NCBI GenBank assembly: GCA_965218795.1
Contig: OZ244653.1
Span: 4,096,001-4,160,000 of the forward strand
Direction of reading: 5' to 3'
Origin: a bacterium
Lineage (GTDB): Bacteria > UBA8248 > JACPRG01 > G963555815
Length of the DNA: 64,000 nucleotides
Each line of letters begins with the position of its first letter. Positions within the stretch are counted from its first letter, which is position 1. A model generated the notes under the pieces. That model saw nothing but the letters and a program-made list of their open reading frames with translations. It was not told the DNA's origin and did no database searches. The position numbers and the translations under genes were made by a program. Below, in pieces: positions 1-9,937 of this stretch.

Positions 1-118
1 GGTCGATTTTCCCGATGCGATCCAGGAAGGTCCGCGCGAGCTCCTCGGATGCATATTCGCCTCTTGCGAGGCCATCCGAGAGTTCGTGCAACGGGGCGTA
101 ATGTATCCGTTCAGTCAT
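1..118 (-). CDS. Amidase/GatA-family protein, N-terminal fragment (runs off window)
   Basis: Manual translation from ATG at 118: MTERIHYAPLHELSDGLARGEYASEELARTFLDRIGKID, a typical amidase-signature-family N-terminus; purine-rich RBS upstream. Confidence 0.7.
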   Translation of the reverse strand, partial: MTERIHYAPLHELSDGLARGEYASEELARTFLDRIGKID

Positions 119-174
119 GTTTCCTTCCCGGCACAGTCGGGGTAGAGTGCCCCCTCCCGCCGGTGTCGGCAGAA

Positions 175-774
175 TCAGGCCGGAAGAGTATTCAATATCT
201 CAGATTGCAGCACCGACGCCAGAACGGGAATCGCGGCCTCCCCCTCGGAGTCGATCCGGACTACCAGGCTGTCTCCCTTCCGGTCCGAAAGGACTCGAAT
301 TCCCGGATGACCCGACAGCCGTTCCTCGATTCGGGCCAGTGCGCTTTCCGAGTGAAGTGAAGCGGCGCTCGCGGATAAACGGTTCAGATTCAATTCCAGC
401 TCAACGTCTCCCTCCTGTTGCCGGATTTCAGCGATCCGTATCCTTCGCAGGCTCGAAGTCAACCACAGGTCGGCCCGCCCTGCGGCGAGGATCTGGACGG
501 AGATATCCTGCCGGGTCCGGGTTAATTCCCTCCGGAGACTTTCAAACGTTCCGCTTCCAGGGGCTCCCGGCTGTTCTCCGGAACGTTCGCTTCGTGGAGC
601 GCCTTGCCACGGATCCTCAAGGAGATCGATGATGCGATCCAACCGTCTCTTGACGCCGAACACTCCAAAGGGGAGCGCGACCCACAGCACGACCCACACC
701 ACCAGAATGGCCCAGACGAGCGGCAGGAAGATGGTGATGGGGCCCGCGTCAAAAAATGAGGAGTAACCGGTCAT
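175..774 (-). CDS. Hypothetical membrane-anchored protein
   Basis: 199-aa ORF with an N-terminal hydrophobic helix; co-oriented with hflKC and the amidase. Confidence 0.65.
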   Translation of the reverse strand: MTGYSSFFDAGPITIFLPLVWAILVVWVVLWVALPFGVFGVKRRLDRIIDLLEDPWQGAPRSERSGEQPGAPGSGTFESLRRELTRTRQDISVQILAAGRADLWLTSSLRRIRIAEIRQQEGDVELELNLNRLSASAASLHSESALARIEERLSGHPGIRVLSDRKGDSLVVRIDSEGEAAIPVLASVLQSEILNTLPA

Positions 775-857
775 GGCTCCCCGGGCCGGGCGTTCGAGAC
801 GTGCTCGGGCATCGGATGATGGATGATCCCGCCGTCCGCTCTGCCGTGCGCCGGCAC

Positions 858-1712
858 TTACTTCTTGAACAAGTGCTCCAGAAATTCGGATTGGGGAGGC
901 AACAGGAGGGTCGTTCCGGTCTTGAGTGACTTCTTATAGGCCTCCAGGGTCCTCAGGAAGCCGTAAAATTCCGGGTCCTTCTCATACGCCTCGGCGTAAA
1001 TGGTGACGGCCCTGGCGTCTCCCTGTCCGCGGATCTGCTGTTCCTTCTGGTAGGCGTCAGCCAACAGGATGGTCTTCTCTTTGTCGGTTTCGGCCCGAAT
1101 TTTCAAGGCTTGCTCCTGGCCCTCAGAGCGATACCGCCTGGCGATTCGCTGCCGCTCCGCCTGCATCCGTCCGAACACGGCCTTCTCGTTTTCCGGGGGA
1201 AGGTCCGCGCGCTTGATCCGGACGTCCACGATTCGGATCCCGTAATCCCGGGCCTTCTTCTCGGCTCGCAGGGTGACCTGTTCCATGATGATCGACCGGT
1301 CCTTGGAGACGATGTCCACCAAGTCTTTCCGTGCCAAATCGACACGAAGCTCGGAGTAGATGATGTCGTCCAAGCGGGCCTGCGCCCCCTCTTCGGTCCG
1401 GACGGTTTGCAGATACTTCAGCGGGGAGATGATCTGCCATTTGGCAAAGTTGTCGACGACCAGGGTCTTCTTGTCTTTGGTGATGATGGGCCGGGCGCTG
1501 GCGTCGTATTCGAGAATCCGCTTATCGAAATATCGCACCTGCTGGATGAAGGGAGTCCTCCAGTGAAGCCCAGGCTGCTTCACGCCCGAAATCGGTCTTC
1601 CCAACTGAAGGACGATGGCCTGCTCCCCTTCGTCCACGGTGAAGAACATCGCCCGCGCCCCGATGATAACGACCAGGAGAATAATCAAGACAAGAAGCTG
1701 TTTTTTTTGCAT
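858..1712 (-). CDS. hflC: FtsH protease modulator HflC
   Basis: SPFH domain, DKKTLVVDNFAKWQI, RIKRADLP, FYGFLRTLEAY; adjacent to hflK. Confidence 0.95.
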   Translation of the reverse strand: MQKKQLLVLIILLVVIIGARAMFFTVDEGEQAIVLQLGRPISGVKQPGLHWRTPFIQQVRYFDKRILEYDASARPIITKDKKTLVVDNFAKWQIISPLKYLQTVRTEEGAQARLDDIIYSELRVDLARKDLVDIVSKDRSIIMEQVTLRAEKKARDYGIRIVDVRIKRADLPPENEKAVFGRMQAERQRIARRYRSEGQEQALKIRAETDKEKTILLADAYQKEQQIRGQGDARAVTIYAEAYEKDPEFYGFLRTLEAYKKSLKTGTTLLLPPQSEFLEHLFKK

Positions 1713-2747
1713 TTACTGATTTCCCTTGGATCCGGTCAGCGGGTTCCCGCTCCCTTCGCCCAGTGGAAGAATGGGGAGGACCCCGCTCTTTTGTTGATCG
1801 AGAATCACCTTCTTGATTCCGGGCAGGATATCTTCCATCGTCTCGAGATAAAGACGCTTCCGGGTCACATTCTTCGCTTTCAAATATTCATCCAGGATCT
1901 GTTTGAACCGGTCCGCGTCCCCCGTGGCCCTGCGGATCTTCTCGGCCCGGTAGGCTTCCGACTGATTGAGGATTTCGGACACCTTCCCGCGCGTCTCGGG
2001 GATGATGGCATTCCGATATCCCTGGGCTTCGTTGATGATCCGGTTCTTGTCCTCCCGGGCGCTGGCCACGTCGATGAAGGCATCGCGGACCTGCTGGGGC
2101 GGGTTGACGTCCTGGAGTTGAACCGCCACCACGCGGAGGCCGACATGATAGTTATCCAGAATCTTCTGGATGAGTATCATGGTTTCCGCCTGGATTTGCG
2201 GCTTCCCCGTGGTCAGGGCTTCGTCTATGACCTTGCTGCCCACCACTTCGCGGAGGGCGGCTTCCGCGGCGTCCCGCACGGTCCCGTTGGGGTCCCGGAC
2301 CTGGAAAAGATACTGGGCCGGATCGGAGATCAGGAACTGGACGATCAGGTCGACGTCCACGATGTTTTCATCTCCGGTCAGCATCAGGGATTCCTGCGGC
2401 CGGTCCGCATAGCGCGCGGGCGGCCCCGGATCGATGGTGCGGAAGCCGATCTCCACGCGCTTCACCTCGGTCACTTTCGGCGTGAAGACGGTTTCGATGG
2501 GATAGGGCAAGTGGTAATTCAGGCCAGAATCAGTGATGGCGCTCAGCATTCCGAATCGAAGGACGACGCCCTTCTGGTCCGGTCCTACGGTGTAGATTCC
2601 GGTGGCGAGCCAGATGAGGATGGCGATAACGACTATGTACGAAAATCCCCTCTTGCCAAAATTGGGGATTTTGATGTTCGGCATCTGGAACTGCTGTCCC
2701 GGTCCCCGCCCTGAACTCCGCCGTTTTCGAAATTCATCCCAGTCCAA
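1713..2747 (-). CDS. hflK: FtsH protease modulator HflK
   Basis: MLTGDENIVDV, V..AF.DV.SARED, TRKRLYLETME motifs; TTG start. Confidence 0.95.
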   Translation of the reverse strand: MDWDEFRKRRSSGRGPGQQFQMPNIKIPNFGKRGFSYIVVIAILIWLATGIYTVGPDQKGVVLRFGMLSAITDSGLNYHLPYPIETVFTPKVTEVKRVEIGFRTIDPGPPARYADRPQESLMLTGDENIVDVDLIVQFLISDPAQYLFQVRDPNGTVRDAAEAALREVVGSKVIDEALTTGKPQIQAETMILIQKILDNYHVGLRVVAVQLQDVNPPQQVRDAFIDVASAREDKNRIINEAQGYRNAIIPETRGKVSEILNQSEAYRAEKIRRATGDADRFKQILDEYLKAKNVTRKRLYLETMEDILPGIKKVILDQQKSGVLPILPLGEGSGNPLTGSKGNQ

Positions 2748-2785
2748 GAGAAATTCTCCACATTCGAGTTAGGCTTCTACCAATC

Positions 2786-2814
2786 AACATATATCCTGCC
2801 GCAGCGGAAGTCAA
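2786..2814 (-). promoter_or_regulatory. Putative sigma70 promoter of hflKC
   Basis: Minus strand TTGACT-N17-TATGTT about 40 bp upstream of the hflK start. Confidence 0.5.
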
Positions 2815-3182
2815 AGCCAACGGCCGATACCGCTTCTCCATTCACCCGATCGGATTCGGGGGAGCCCCAAAGGCAGGGCCGATTCCGGGCGTGAAATAAA
2901 GTGCCCAACGCGACTCGATTCCCGGTCTTTGCGGCGGCTTGTAAGCCTTGGCGAGGCCATTGTTCATGAGGGGGAGCGTGAAAGAACCTGAACCGGTGAT
3001 GTAAATTCGTGAGTGTAGAAAATCGCGACAGTTCAGAGTTCCGGTATTCCGTTGTTTTCCGAAAAGCATCCGATATCAAGCAGCTCCTCAGCCGGTGAGC
3101 GTGCTCTCCACTTGAACCCGATTCGAATTGATGAACTCAGCAGAATACCCGGGTTCCGCAATGTAAGGTCAGCCGCTTTGGG

Positions 3183-4463
3183 TCATCCCTGACGAAACGG
3201 GAACCGCTCTTTCGGTCGGTTGAAGTACCCCACGTCCAAGGCGGGAAACCTCTCCCGGAGCCATTCCAGAAAACCTACAACGCCAATGATGTCGCCCGCC
3301 GCGGCCGGCACCGTGTTCATGTAAACCAGCGGGTCGATGCAAAGGTTTTTCGTCTGGACCATGTGCAGGCCGGTTTCTTCGATCAGGCTCTCCAGCGCTT
3401 CCATCTCCTCCACCCGGTCGGTCACTCCGGGGAATATCAAATAGTTCAGGGAAACGAACAGCCCCTCCCGCGCCCCGCGGCGGATGGACTCCCGTACGTC
3501 GCCAAAACGGTAGTCTTTTGGCCGGTAGTAAGGGGTGTAGACCTCGTCCCGCGCGCTGTTCAGGCTGACCCGGATGCTGTCGAGTCCTGCACGGGCGAGC
3601 TCTACTACCGCCTCCGGCAGACTTCCATTCGTGTTGAGGTGGATGGTTCCGCGGTCGGTCTCTGACCGAATGCGTTCTATCGCTGCCTTCAGCAGGGGGG
3701 TCTGCATGAGGGGGTCGCCGTCGCAGCCCTGGCCGAAGCTCACAATGGCGTCCTCCGCTCCGTTCAAGTGGGAGACCGCGACGGAGGCCAGCTCTTCGAC
3801 CTCGGGGACGAATGAAATCCGGTTGTGCGAGGCCGGGAACTCCCCGTCCGGCTGAAAGGAGATGCACCCGACGCAATCCGCATTGCAAACGGCCGTCGTC
3901 GGCAGAGGGGCCTCCCATCTCCCATAGAAAAGATTTTTCGCGGCGAAGCAATGGTATTGCGTCGCACAATGGGCGATGTGCGCCAGGAGGCGGTTCCCGG
4001 GCTCCTCCGCCACCCGGCGTTGAATCAGGCCCTCGATTTCCAGGTCGTCATAGATCGCCGGGTCCTGCCTGGGGCTGGGGTCCACGCGCACCGCGGCGGC
4101 GACGAATCCGTCGTCCTTCCAGCCCACGGCGGTGTACGCCCACAAGGGAAGAAGTATCCGGTTTTCGGGGCAATCGGAGGCGGGAAGCAGAGTTCGGGCG
4201 AAGCCGGGCGCCGGGAACGCGGCCACTGCCGCCAGACCCGAACCCGCGGAGACGAAGGTCTCGCGCTCCGCGTTCCAGCCGATGGGTTCTCCTTCGGGCA
4301 GGAAGAAAAACTTGCTCCCCTCGGGAATCGGAGACAGTTCTTCAGGCTCGGGCCGGACCAAATCGCCGCCCGAAAGCCCTGCCATCTCCAACTCGGGCAG
4401 ATCGATGATTCGCCCCTGGGCATCGGCGAATACGGTGGTGGGTGATTCTGAACCTGGACCCAT
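3183..4463 (-). CDS. Radical SAM protein of unknown function
   Basis: CNADCVGC (CxxxCxxC), SFGQGCDGDPL, NTNGS; start uncertain (4463 or 4526). Confidence 0.85.
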   Translation of the reverse strand: MGPGSESPTTVFADAQGRIIDLPELEMAGLSGGDLVRPEPEELSPIPEGSKFFFLPEGEPIGWNAERETFVSAGSGLAAVAAFPAPGFARTLLPASDCPENRILLPLWAYTAVGWKDDGFVAAAVRVDPSPRQDPAIYDDLEIEGLIQRRVAEEPGNRLLAHIAHCATQYHCFAAKNLFYGRWEAPLPTTAVCNADCVGCISFQPDGEFPASHNRISFVPEVEELASVAVSHLNGAEDAIVSFGQGCDGDPLMQTPLLKAAIERIRSETDRGTIHLNTNGSLPEAVVELARAGLDSIRVSLNSARDEVYTPYYRPKDYRFGDVRESIRRGAREGLFVSLNYLIFPGVTDRVEEMEALESLIEETGLHMVQTKNLCIDPLVYMNTVPAAAGDIIGVVGFLEWLRERFPALDVGYFNRPKERFPFRQG

Positions 4464-4706
4464 GGTCGAATCAGGCTCTCCACAAGACGATTGGCTCGAG
4501 AGCGGCGGCGGACGGCGCCTCGTCACGGTTGAATACGGTTTGGCCTATTCTGAGCCGGATGATTGTCAAGCCCATTCTCTATCCAACTCTCAGAAATACG
4601 ATTTCCTTGAACGCTTGCCAACAAAAAATGACGGGCGGAGGAAATTTCCTCCGCCCCTCGATCATCAAGCGTCAACTCGGAATCCACCGTGAATTCCGCG
4701 GATGGA

Positions 4707-5681
4707 TTACATGAAGAATTTGCGGTCCTTTTTCTTCGGGTACAGGTCGGCCACCCACTTCCCGTAGCCGTTGAAGATTTGCGTGGGGCGCCGCTTGTCC
4801 GTTCCGAGCATACGCTCCGACGCCTGCGACCACCGCGGATGCGGGACTTGGGGATTGACGTTCGCCCAGAAACCGTACTCCCTGGGCGCCAGCTTTTCCC
4901 AGAAGCTCACAGGCCGCTTCTCTGTGAACTCGATGGAGACGATGGACTTGATGCTCTTGAATCCGTATTTCCACGGGGTGATGAGCCGGATCGGCGCACC
5001 GTGCTGCTTGGGCAGGGGTTTTCCGTAGATCCCCGTGACGAACATGGCCATCTCGTTCATTCCTTCCTCGATGGTCAGTCCCTCCACGTAAGGCCACGGG
5101 TACCAGATCTGAAGTTGCCCGAGGGCCACCTTCCGGTTGAGGAAGGTTGTCATCTTGATGAATTTGGCGTTGTTCTTGGGCTCCACCGTTTTGATGAGCG
5201 CGGAGATAGGGAACCCCGTCCAGGGAACCGCCATGGCCCAGGCCTCGACGCATCGGAACCGGAGAAGGCGCTCTTCCAGCGGCATGGAGCGGACCAGTGA
5301 GTCCATGTCGTACGTCTTGGGCTTCCGCACCAATCCGTGGACTTTCACTTCCCAGGGACGGGTCTTCAGCCGCTGGGCCAGCCGATGAATCGTCTTCGTT
5401 CCGCCGAACTCATAGAAATTGTTGTACTTCGTTGCGACAGACTCCTCGGTGAGAGGGCGGTCCAGCGTGAATGCCGGATTCCGCTTGGCGGGGTAGAGGT
5501 CCAAGGTCATGTCCTTCGGTTCCTTGGCCTCCGCCAGTTTCGGCAGGCCTGCGGCCCCGAGGATTCCGCCGGCCACAACGCCTGCGCTGCCGGCCAAAAA
5601 CTTCCGCCGGTTCATGAAGATGGATTCCGGCGTCGCCTCCCGCTCCGGCATCGCCCACTCGGGTTTCCGATGATAATGCAT
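4707..5681 (-). CDS. msrP: Protein-methionine-sulfoxide reductase catalytic subunit MsrP (Tat-exported molybdoenzyme)
   Basis: Tat motif RRKFL; YNNFYEFG, RFRCVEAW, PWKYGFKSIKSI, ANVNP..PHPRWSQA. Confidence 0.95.
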   Translation of the reverse strand: MHYHRKPEWAMPEREATPESIFMNRRKFLAGSAGVVAGGILGAAGLPKLAEAKEPKDMTLDLYPAKRNPAFTLDRPLTEESVATKYNNFYEFGGTKTIHRLAQRLKTRPWEVKVHGLVRKPKTYDMDSLVRSMPLEERLLRFRCVEAWAMAVPWTGFPISALIKTVEPKNNAKFIKMTTFLNRKVALGQLQIWYPWPYVEGLTIEEGMNEMAMFVTGIYGKPLPKQHGAPIRLITPWKYGFKSIKSIVSIEFTEKRPVSFWEKLAPREYGFWANVNPQVPHPRWSQASERMLGTDKRRPTQIFNGYGKWVADLYPKKKDRKFFM

Positions 5682-5920
5682 GGGTTCCTCCTTAGTTTAC
5701 CCCCGCGGCGGTCCACGGGCGCGCGTCAGGATATTTATCCTACATCGGATGAACGATACGAAAGAAGCTCGGTCATCTCCGAATCCCGTAATGCCTTGCC
5801 GGTTTAGACCTGGATGGGCCCTCCAGGATTCTTAAATCTTTCTTAGGGAAGCAATTCCTGGTGATTGACCCTTTCCCCCGCCCAGGTCATGACCAATATG
5901 GTGTTCGTCCACTGTCGAGT

Positions 5921-5957
5921 TGTCATGAGAATGTCAAAGAGGAGTCAAACTCGGTCA
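5921..5957. promoter_or_regulatory. Phased GTCA direct repeats, candidate OmpR/PhoB-family binding array
   Basis: GTCA cores at 5922, 5933, 5944 and 5954 (11/11/10-bp spacing), between the response regulator and msrP. Confidence 0.45.
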
Positions 5958-6081
5958 TCCCGAGCATAGGGTTTCATTTTTCGTGGAAACATTTTGAATG
6001 CAACATGCCAGATTGGCTGATTCAATGAGAAATCTTCAAGATGTCTACGATGCGATGTAGTCGATGACGCGCTGCGTGGCC

Positions 6082-6771
6082 TCACTCGTCGGCCACGAAT
6101 TTGTAACCGACGCCGTGGAGCGTCACAAAGTATCGAGGCTGGGCTGGGTCGGGTTCGAGGCTTTTGCGCAGGCGGAGGATATGGTTGTCCACGGTCCGTG
6201 TGGTGGGGTACTGCTCGTAGCCCCATATCTCTTCCAGCAGCCGGTCGCGGCTGAGGGCCTCGCCCGGATGCTCCAGCATGTAGACCAAGAGGTCGAATTC
6301 CTTTGCCGTCAGTTCAACGGCCCCGCCCGAACGGACGACCTCGCGCCGGATGGGATCGACCGCGATCTCCCCGAAGCGATACGGTCCCGTGCGGCCGGAA
6401 GCCCTCGCCCGACGCAACTGCGCTTTGACCCGGGCCAGGAGCTCGAGCAACCCGAAGGGCTTGCTCACATAATCGTCCGCGCCGAGTTCGAGCCCGATGA
6501 CCTTGTCGGATTCCTGCCCCTTGGCCGTGAGCAGTAGAATTCGCACTTCAGCGTTTTGGCGACGGAGGCGGCGGCAGACCTCGAGGCCGTCCATCCCGGG
6601 CATCAGGATATCCAGGATGACCAGGTCCGGCCGTTCCGATTCCGCGGTCTCGAGCCCGGCTTGGCCGTCCCGCGCGGTGAGGACTTCATACCCTTCCAGG
6701 GTCAGGTTGTCCTCCAGACCCCGGACCATGTCCCGGTCGTCATCCACAATCAGAACCCTGGGATCCCTCAT
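6082..6771 (-). CDS. OmpR/PhoB-family response regulator
   Basis: Receiver domain (VDDD, LDILMP, GADDYVSKPF) plus winged helix (RTVDNHILRLRK, GVGYKF). Confidence 0.95.
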   Translation of the reverse strand: MRDPRVLIVDDDRDMVRGLEDNLTLEGYEVLTARDGQAGLETAESERPDLVILDILMPGMDGLEVCRRLRRQNAEVRILLLTAKGQESDKVIGLELGADDYVSKPFGLLELLARVKAQLRRARASGRTGPYRFGEIAVDPIRREVVRSGGAVELTAKEFDLLVYMLEHPGEALSRDRLLEEIWGYEQYPTTRTVDNHILRLRKSLEPDPAQPRYFVTLHGVGYKFVADE

Positions 6772-8351
6772 GGCGGCGTCTCCCTCTGGGGTTCCTCCGA
6801 ATGGGTTTGATCGCGCGGAAAACGGATCACAAACCGGCTCCCGCCCGCCTCCCCCGCGTCGGCGTGAACAGACCCGCCGTGGGCCTCGACAACGTGTCGC
6901 ACAACGGCCAGTCCGAGTCCGCTCCCCTTCGGCGCAATACCGGGATTCGCCCGATAGAAGGGATCGAAGATGCGCGCCCGTTGCTCGGGGAGGATTCCGG
7001 GGCCATGGTCCTCCACTTCCAGGAACAGGTCCCCGTTGGCGTAGACCCGCACCTTAACCTCCGGGGGGCCGGTGGAGAACTTAGCGGCGTTGTCCAGCAG
7101 GTTGAGGAGGGCCTGGGTCATGGCGCCTTCATCCAGCGGGATGTCGGGCAGATCGTCGGAGATGCGGGATTCAATCGTCGTACCGGCCTGTTCCATCTGG
7201 GGGCCGTAGTCGGTCAATACCCGGCGCACCAGGCCCGGTAGGCTGGCCGTTCGAAACTCGAACCGTTTGCGGTTCGACTCGATATCCGAGAAGTCCAGGA
7301 CGTTGTTGATCAGATGGGTGAGTCGGCCGGTTTCCCGAACGAGGACCTGGTGATACTCGGTACGCTTTTCCTCATTGGCGACCCGGCCCAGCATGAGCGA
7401 CTCGGCGTACATCCGGATCAGGGCCAGCGGCGTGCGCAGCTCGTGGGAGACGTTGGCGAGGAACGCGGACTTCATCCGGTTCAGTTCCCATTCCCGCCGG
7501 AAGACCCGCCAGCTGAAAAACACACCTGCGCCGACCACCCCATAGACCAATGCCAACCCTGCGCCGAGGAGGAACCGATCCCTCCGGACAGACCGTCGAA
7601 GGGTCTTTTCCAGACCGCTGGCCTCGACCGTTCCCAAGGGGAGGTCTTGCGGGAAGGGGGCGCTCGCCGTCACCCGCGCGTGCGGAAGGGCTTCCCCCGA
7701 CCCCTTCAGGTTCAGACTGAGGCCCGAGCTTCTGGATTGCGCGATCAGGACCGGCCGGACCACGTTGTCACGAAGCCACTTCCCATCCAGAATGGCCGCG
7801 AGGATTCCCGAGTCGGCATCGGCCGGCTTCCCCAGGGCGGTGTAGCTGATCAGCAGGCCGGCTTCCGCCGCCTGTTCGAAGAGAAAGTCCGTCCTCCCCT
7901 GGCTGATTCTTGTTCGAATTCTCCGATAGATTTGACGGACGAGGGGCGAGTCTCCTCGAAGCGCTTCGGGGATCCGTCCGCCGGTCGCCAGGCTCCGCCC
8001 GAGCATGTTGCCCTTGTAATCAAAGACGAACGCTGCCATTGCCAGCGGCCGCCGGGCCAGGTATTTCTCCAATGCCTGATGAGGCGTCACGGTGGGCTGA
8101 AGCGCGGCCTTCATAAACCCCATGAGAAATTCGTCGGCCTGGGCGCGAATGGCCTTTTCCGCCGCGGTGACGGCCATCCGGGCGGTGGCGAGGCTCCTGG
8201 ACCGCGCCATCTGAATCATCTGGGTTTCGCGATCGTGCAGGACGTGGACGGCCAGATAACCCAGCAAGGCGCAGGGAACCAAAACGCTCACAGAGAGAAT
8301 GATCTGAAAGCGCCTGCGGGACCGGCCCTCGACGGGTTTGTTCTCATCCAT
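6768..8351 (-). CDS. Membrane sensor histidine kinase
   Basis: Two TM helices; H-box VSHELRTPL, N-box NLLDNAAKF, G-boxes DHGPGI and GSGLGL. Confidence 0.95.
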   Translation of the reverse strand: MDENKPVEGRSRRRFQIILSVSVLVPCALLGYLAVHVLHDRETQMIQMARSRSLATARMAVTAAEKAIRAQADEFLMGFMKAALQPTVTPHQALEKYLARRPLAMAAFVFDYKGNMLGRSLATGGRIPEALRGDSPLVRQIYRRIRTRISQGRTDFLFEQAAEAGLLISYTALGKPADADSGILAAILDGKWLRDNVVRPVLIAQSRSSGLSLNLKGSGEALPHARVTASAPFPQDLPLGTVEASGLEKTLRRSVRRDRFLLGAGLALVYGVVGAGVFFSWRVFRREWELNRMKSAFLANVSHELRTPLALIRMYAESLMLGRVANEEKRTEYHQVLVRETGRLTHLINNVLDFSDIESNRKRFEFRTASLPGLVRRVLTDYGPQMEQAGTTIESRISDDLPDIPLDEGAMTQALLNLLDNAAKFSTGPPEVKVRVYANGDLFLEVEDHGPGILPEQRARIFDPFYRANPGIAPKGSGLGLAVVRHVVEAHGGSVHADAGEAGGSRFVIRFPRDQTHSEEPQRETPP

Positions 8352-8494
8352 GGCACACCTCGGCGTTTATTCTAGGCGCGGCTCGGAATGAAACCAACGA
8401 ACGAATGTCGCTTTTCTGTAAAATGAACGGCGGGGAAGGGATTTTGCCTGGACAATGGCGCGGTTGACCCGGGCGTGAGCGGAGGATTTTAGGT

Positions 8495-8878
8495 GTGGGG
8501 ATCGTCGGAATCGGGTCCGATTTGATTGAAATCAGCCGGTTCACGGAGGCCGGAGAAAGGTATGGAGATCGTTTCTACCGCCGGCTGTTTACACCGGAGG
8601 AGATCGCCTATTGCGAGTCCCGGGGGCGTCCCGGTGAGCACTATGCCGCGCGTTTTGCGGCGAAGGAGGCCGCCCTCAAGGCCCTCGGCCTGGGCAGGTC
8701 GGGCGGGGTCACCTGGATGGATGTTGAAGTAATCCGAGGTGAGAAGGGGCCGCCGGCGATTCGGTTCACCGGCGTCGCCGAGGAAAAGGCCCGGACGCTC
8801 GGTGTGCATCGCGCTCACGTCAGCCTCACCCACTCCCGGGATTTGGCCCAGGCGAGTGTGGTCCTCGAAGGCGATTGA
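8495..8878 (+). CDS. acpS: Holo-ACP synthase
   Basis: GIGSDLIEI, AARFAAKEAALKALG, VSLTHS. Confidence 0.95.
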   Translation: MGIVGIGSDLIEISRFTEAGERYGDRFYRRLFTPEEIAYCESRGRPGEHYAARFAAKEAALKALGLGRSGGVTWMDVEVIRGEKGPPAIRFTGVAEEKARTLGVHRAHVSLTHSRDLAQASVVLEGD

Positions 8879-8899
8879 ACTCTCCCTCCCAGGGAGCGG

Positions 8900-9892
8900 T
8901 CAGCTGGCCCTTGCGGGAGCGTCCGCGTCGGGTGGTTTCATTTCACGGTTCAATTTCTGTACGGTCCGGCGCACGACTTCGGACATCAGCCTCATGGCAT
9001 TCTCCTGCAGCGAGTCGGCCGTGTCCCGGGGTGTGTGATATCGATGGAAGATGGACGGCCAATTCTTCCGGTTCCTCCATCGGGGTGATCTGGGATTGAA
9101 GACGAAGTCCCGTAGAATCTCTTTGTCCGCGTTGGGGATCATTGTCAGGGCCAGTGCCGGAACCCCGGCCTGCTGAAACCTGACGTGGTCCGATCCGAAA
9201 CGGGGGATGTCCCCCTCCACAACGTGATCGGCCTTCATGGCCTTCAGTGTCCGGAGCAGCGTCCGGACGGCCAGGGTTTCACGCTCCGTTTCCTTGGATT
9301 CCCAGACGGCAACCGTATCGCCGATCCCGCAAAGCTCGAGGCTGAACATTCCGAAGACCCCCTCGGCGGGATGATCGGCCAGATAGGCCTTAGAACCTAC
9401 GAGTCCGCTTTCCTCCCCGTCGGACAAGATGAACCGTACCATGAGATTCGGGAGGGGTTCCCGTCTCAGCGTCTCGTACGCCTGGATGACGGAGGCTACG
9501 CAGGACGCGTCATCGTTCGCTCCCGGACTCTTCGGCACCGCATCCAGGTGGGCCGAAACGACAAGCGCCCGCCGGCCCCGGCCCAGATCGAAGATGAGAT
9601 TCGACCCGTCGTCTCCTGCGTAGGTGTGGACCTGATAGGCGATGTCCTTGGCCCGGAGGATTCGTTCGGCCGCGAGCCGGCGCTCCAAATTGGATTTGCC
9701 TTCGAGCAACCGCACGGTATCCGTCAGGGTTCGGGTCGGGTGGTTGATATAGGCTTTGAAGGCTCTCTCTTGGAAATTCGCCCCGCAGGACGCGCAAAGA
9801 AGGCTCGCCGCGATGCCGAACAGGATGGATTTGGAGGAGGATTTGAATCTCACGATTTTCCGTCCGAAGCGAGCGGTCACTCTCGTCCCCAT
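8900..9892 (-). CDS. M28-family metallopeptidase, probable lipoprotein
   Basis: SAHLD, GANDDAS, GEESG, SDH and YHT..D motifs; lipobox-like LCASC. Confidence 0.8.
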   Translation of the reverse strand: MGTRVTARFGRKIVRFKSSSKSILFGIAASLLCASCGANFQERAFKAYINHPTRTLTDTVRLLEGKSNLERRLAAERILRAKDIAYQVHTYAGDDGSNLIFDLGRGRRALVVSAHLDAVPKSPGANDDASCVASVIQAYETLRREPLPNLMVRFILSDGEESGLVGSKAYLADHPAEGVFGMFSLELCGIGDTVAVWESKETERETLAVRTLLRTLKAMKADHVVEGDIPRFGSDHVRFQQAGVPALALTMIPNADKEILRDFVFNPRSPRWRNRKNWPSIFHRYHTPRDTADSLQENAMRLMSEVVRRTVQKLNREMKPPDADAPARAS

Positions 9893-9937
9893 GGCCGTTC
9901 CGTTTGGAGCATCGAGCGTTAACGGCGTCTTATGGTT

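Noticed and set aside
2777-3079. Short ORFs between hflK and the radical SAM gene
   Set aside because: No motifs, atypical composition, and one overlaps the predicted hflK promoter
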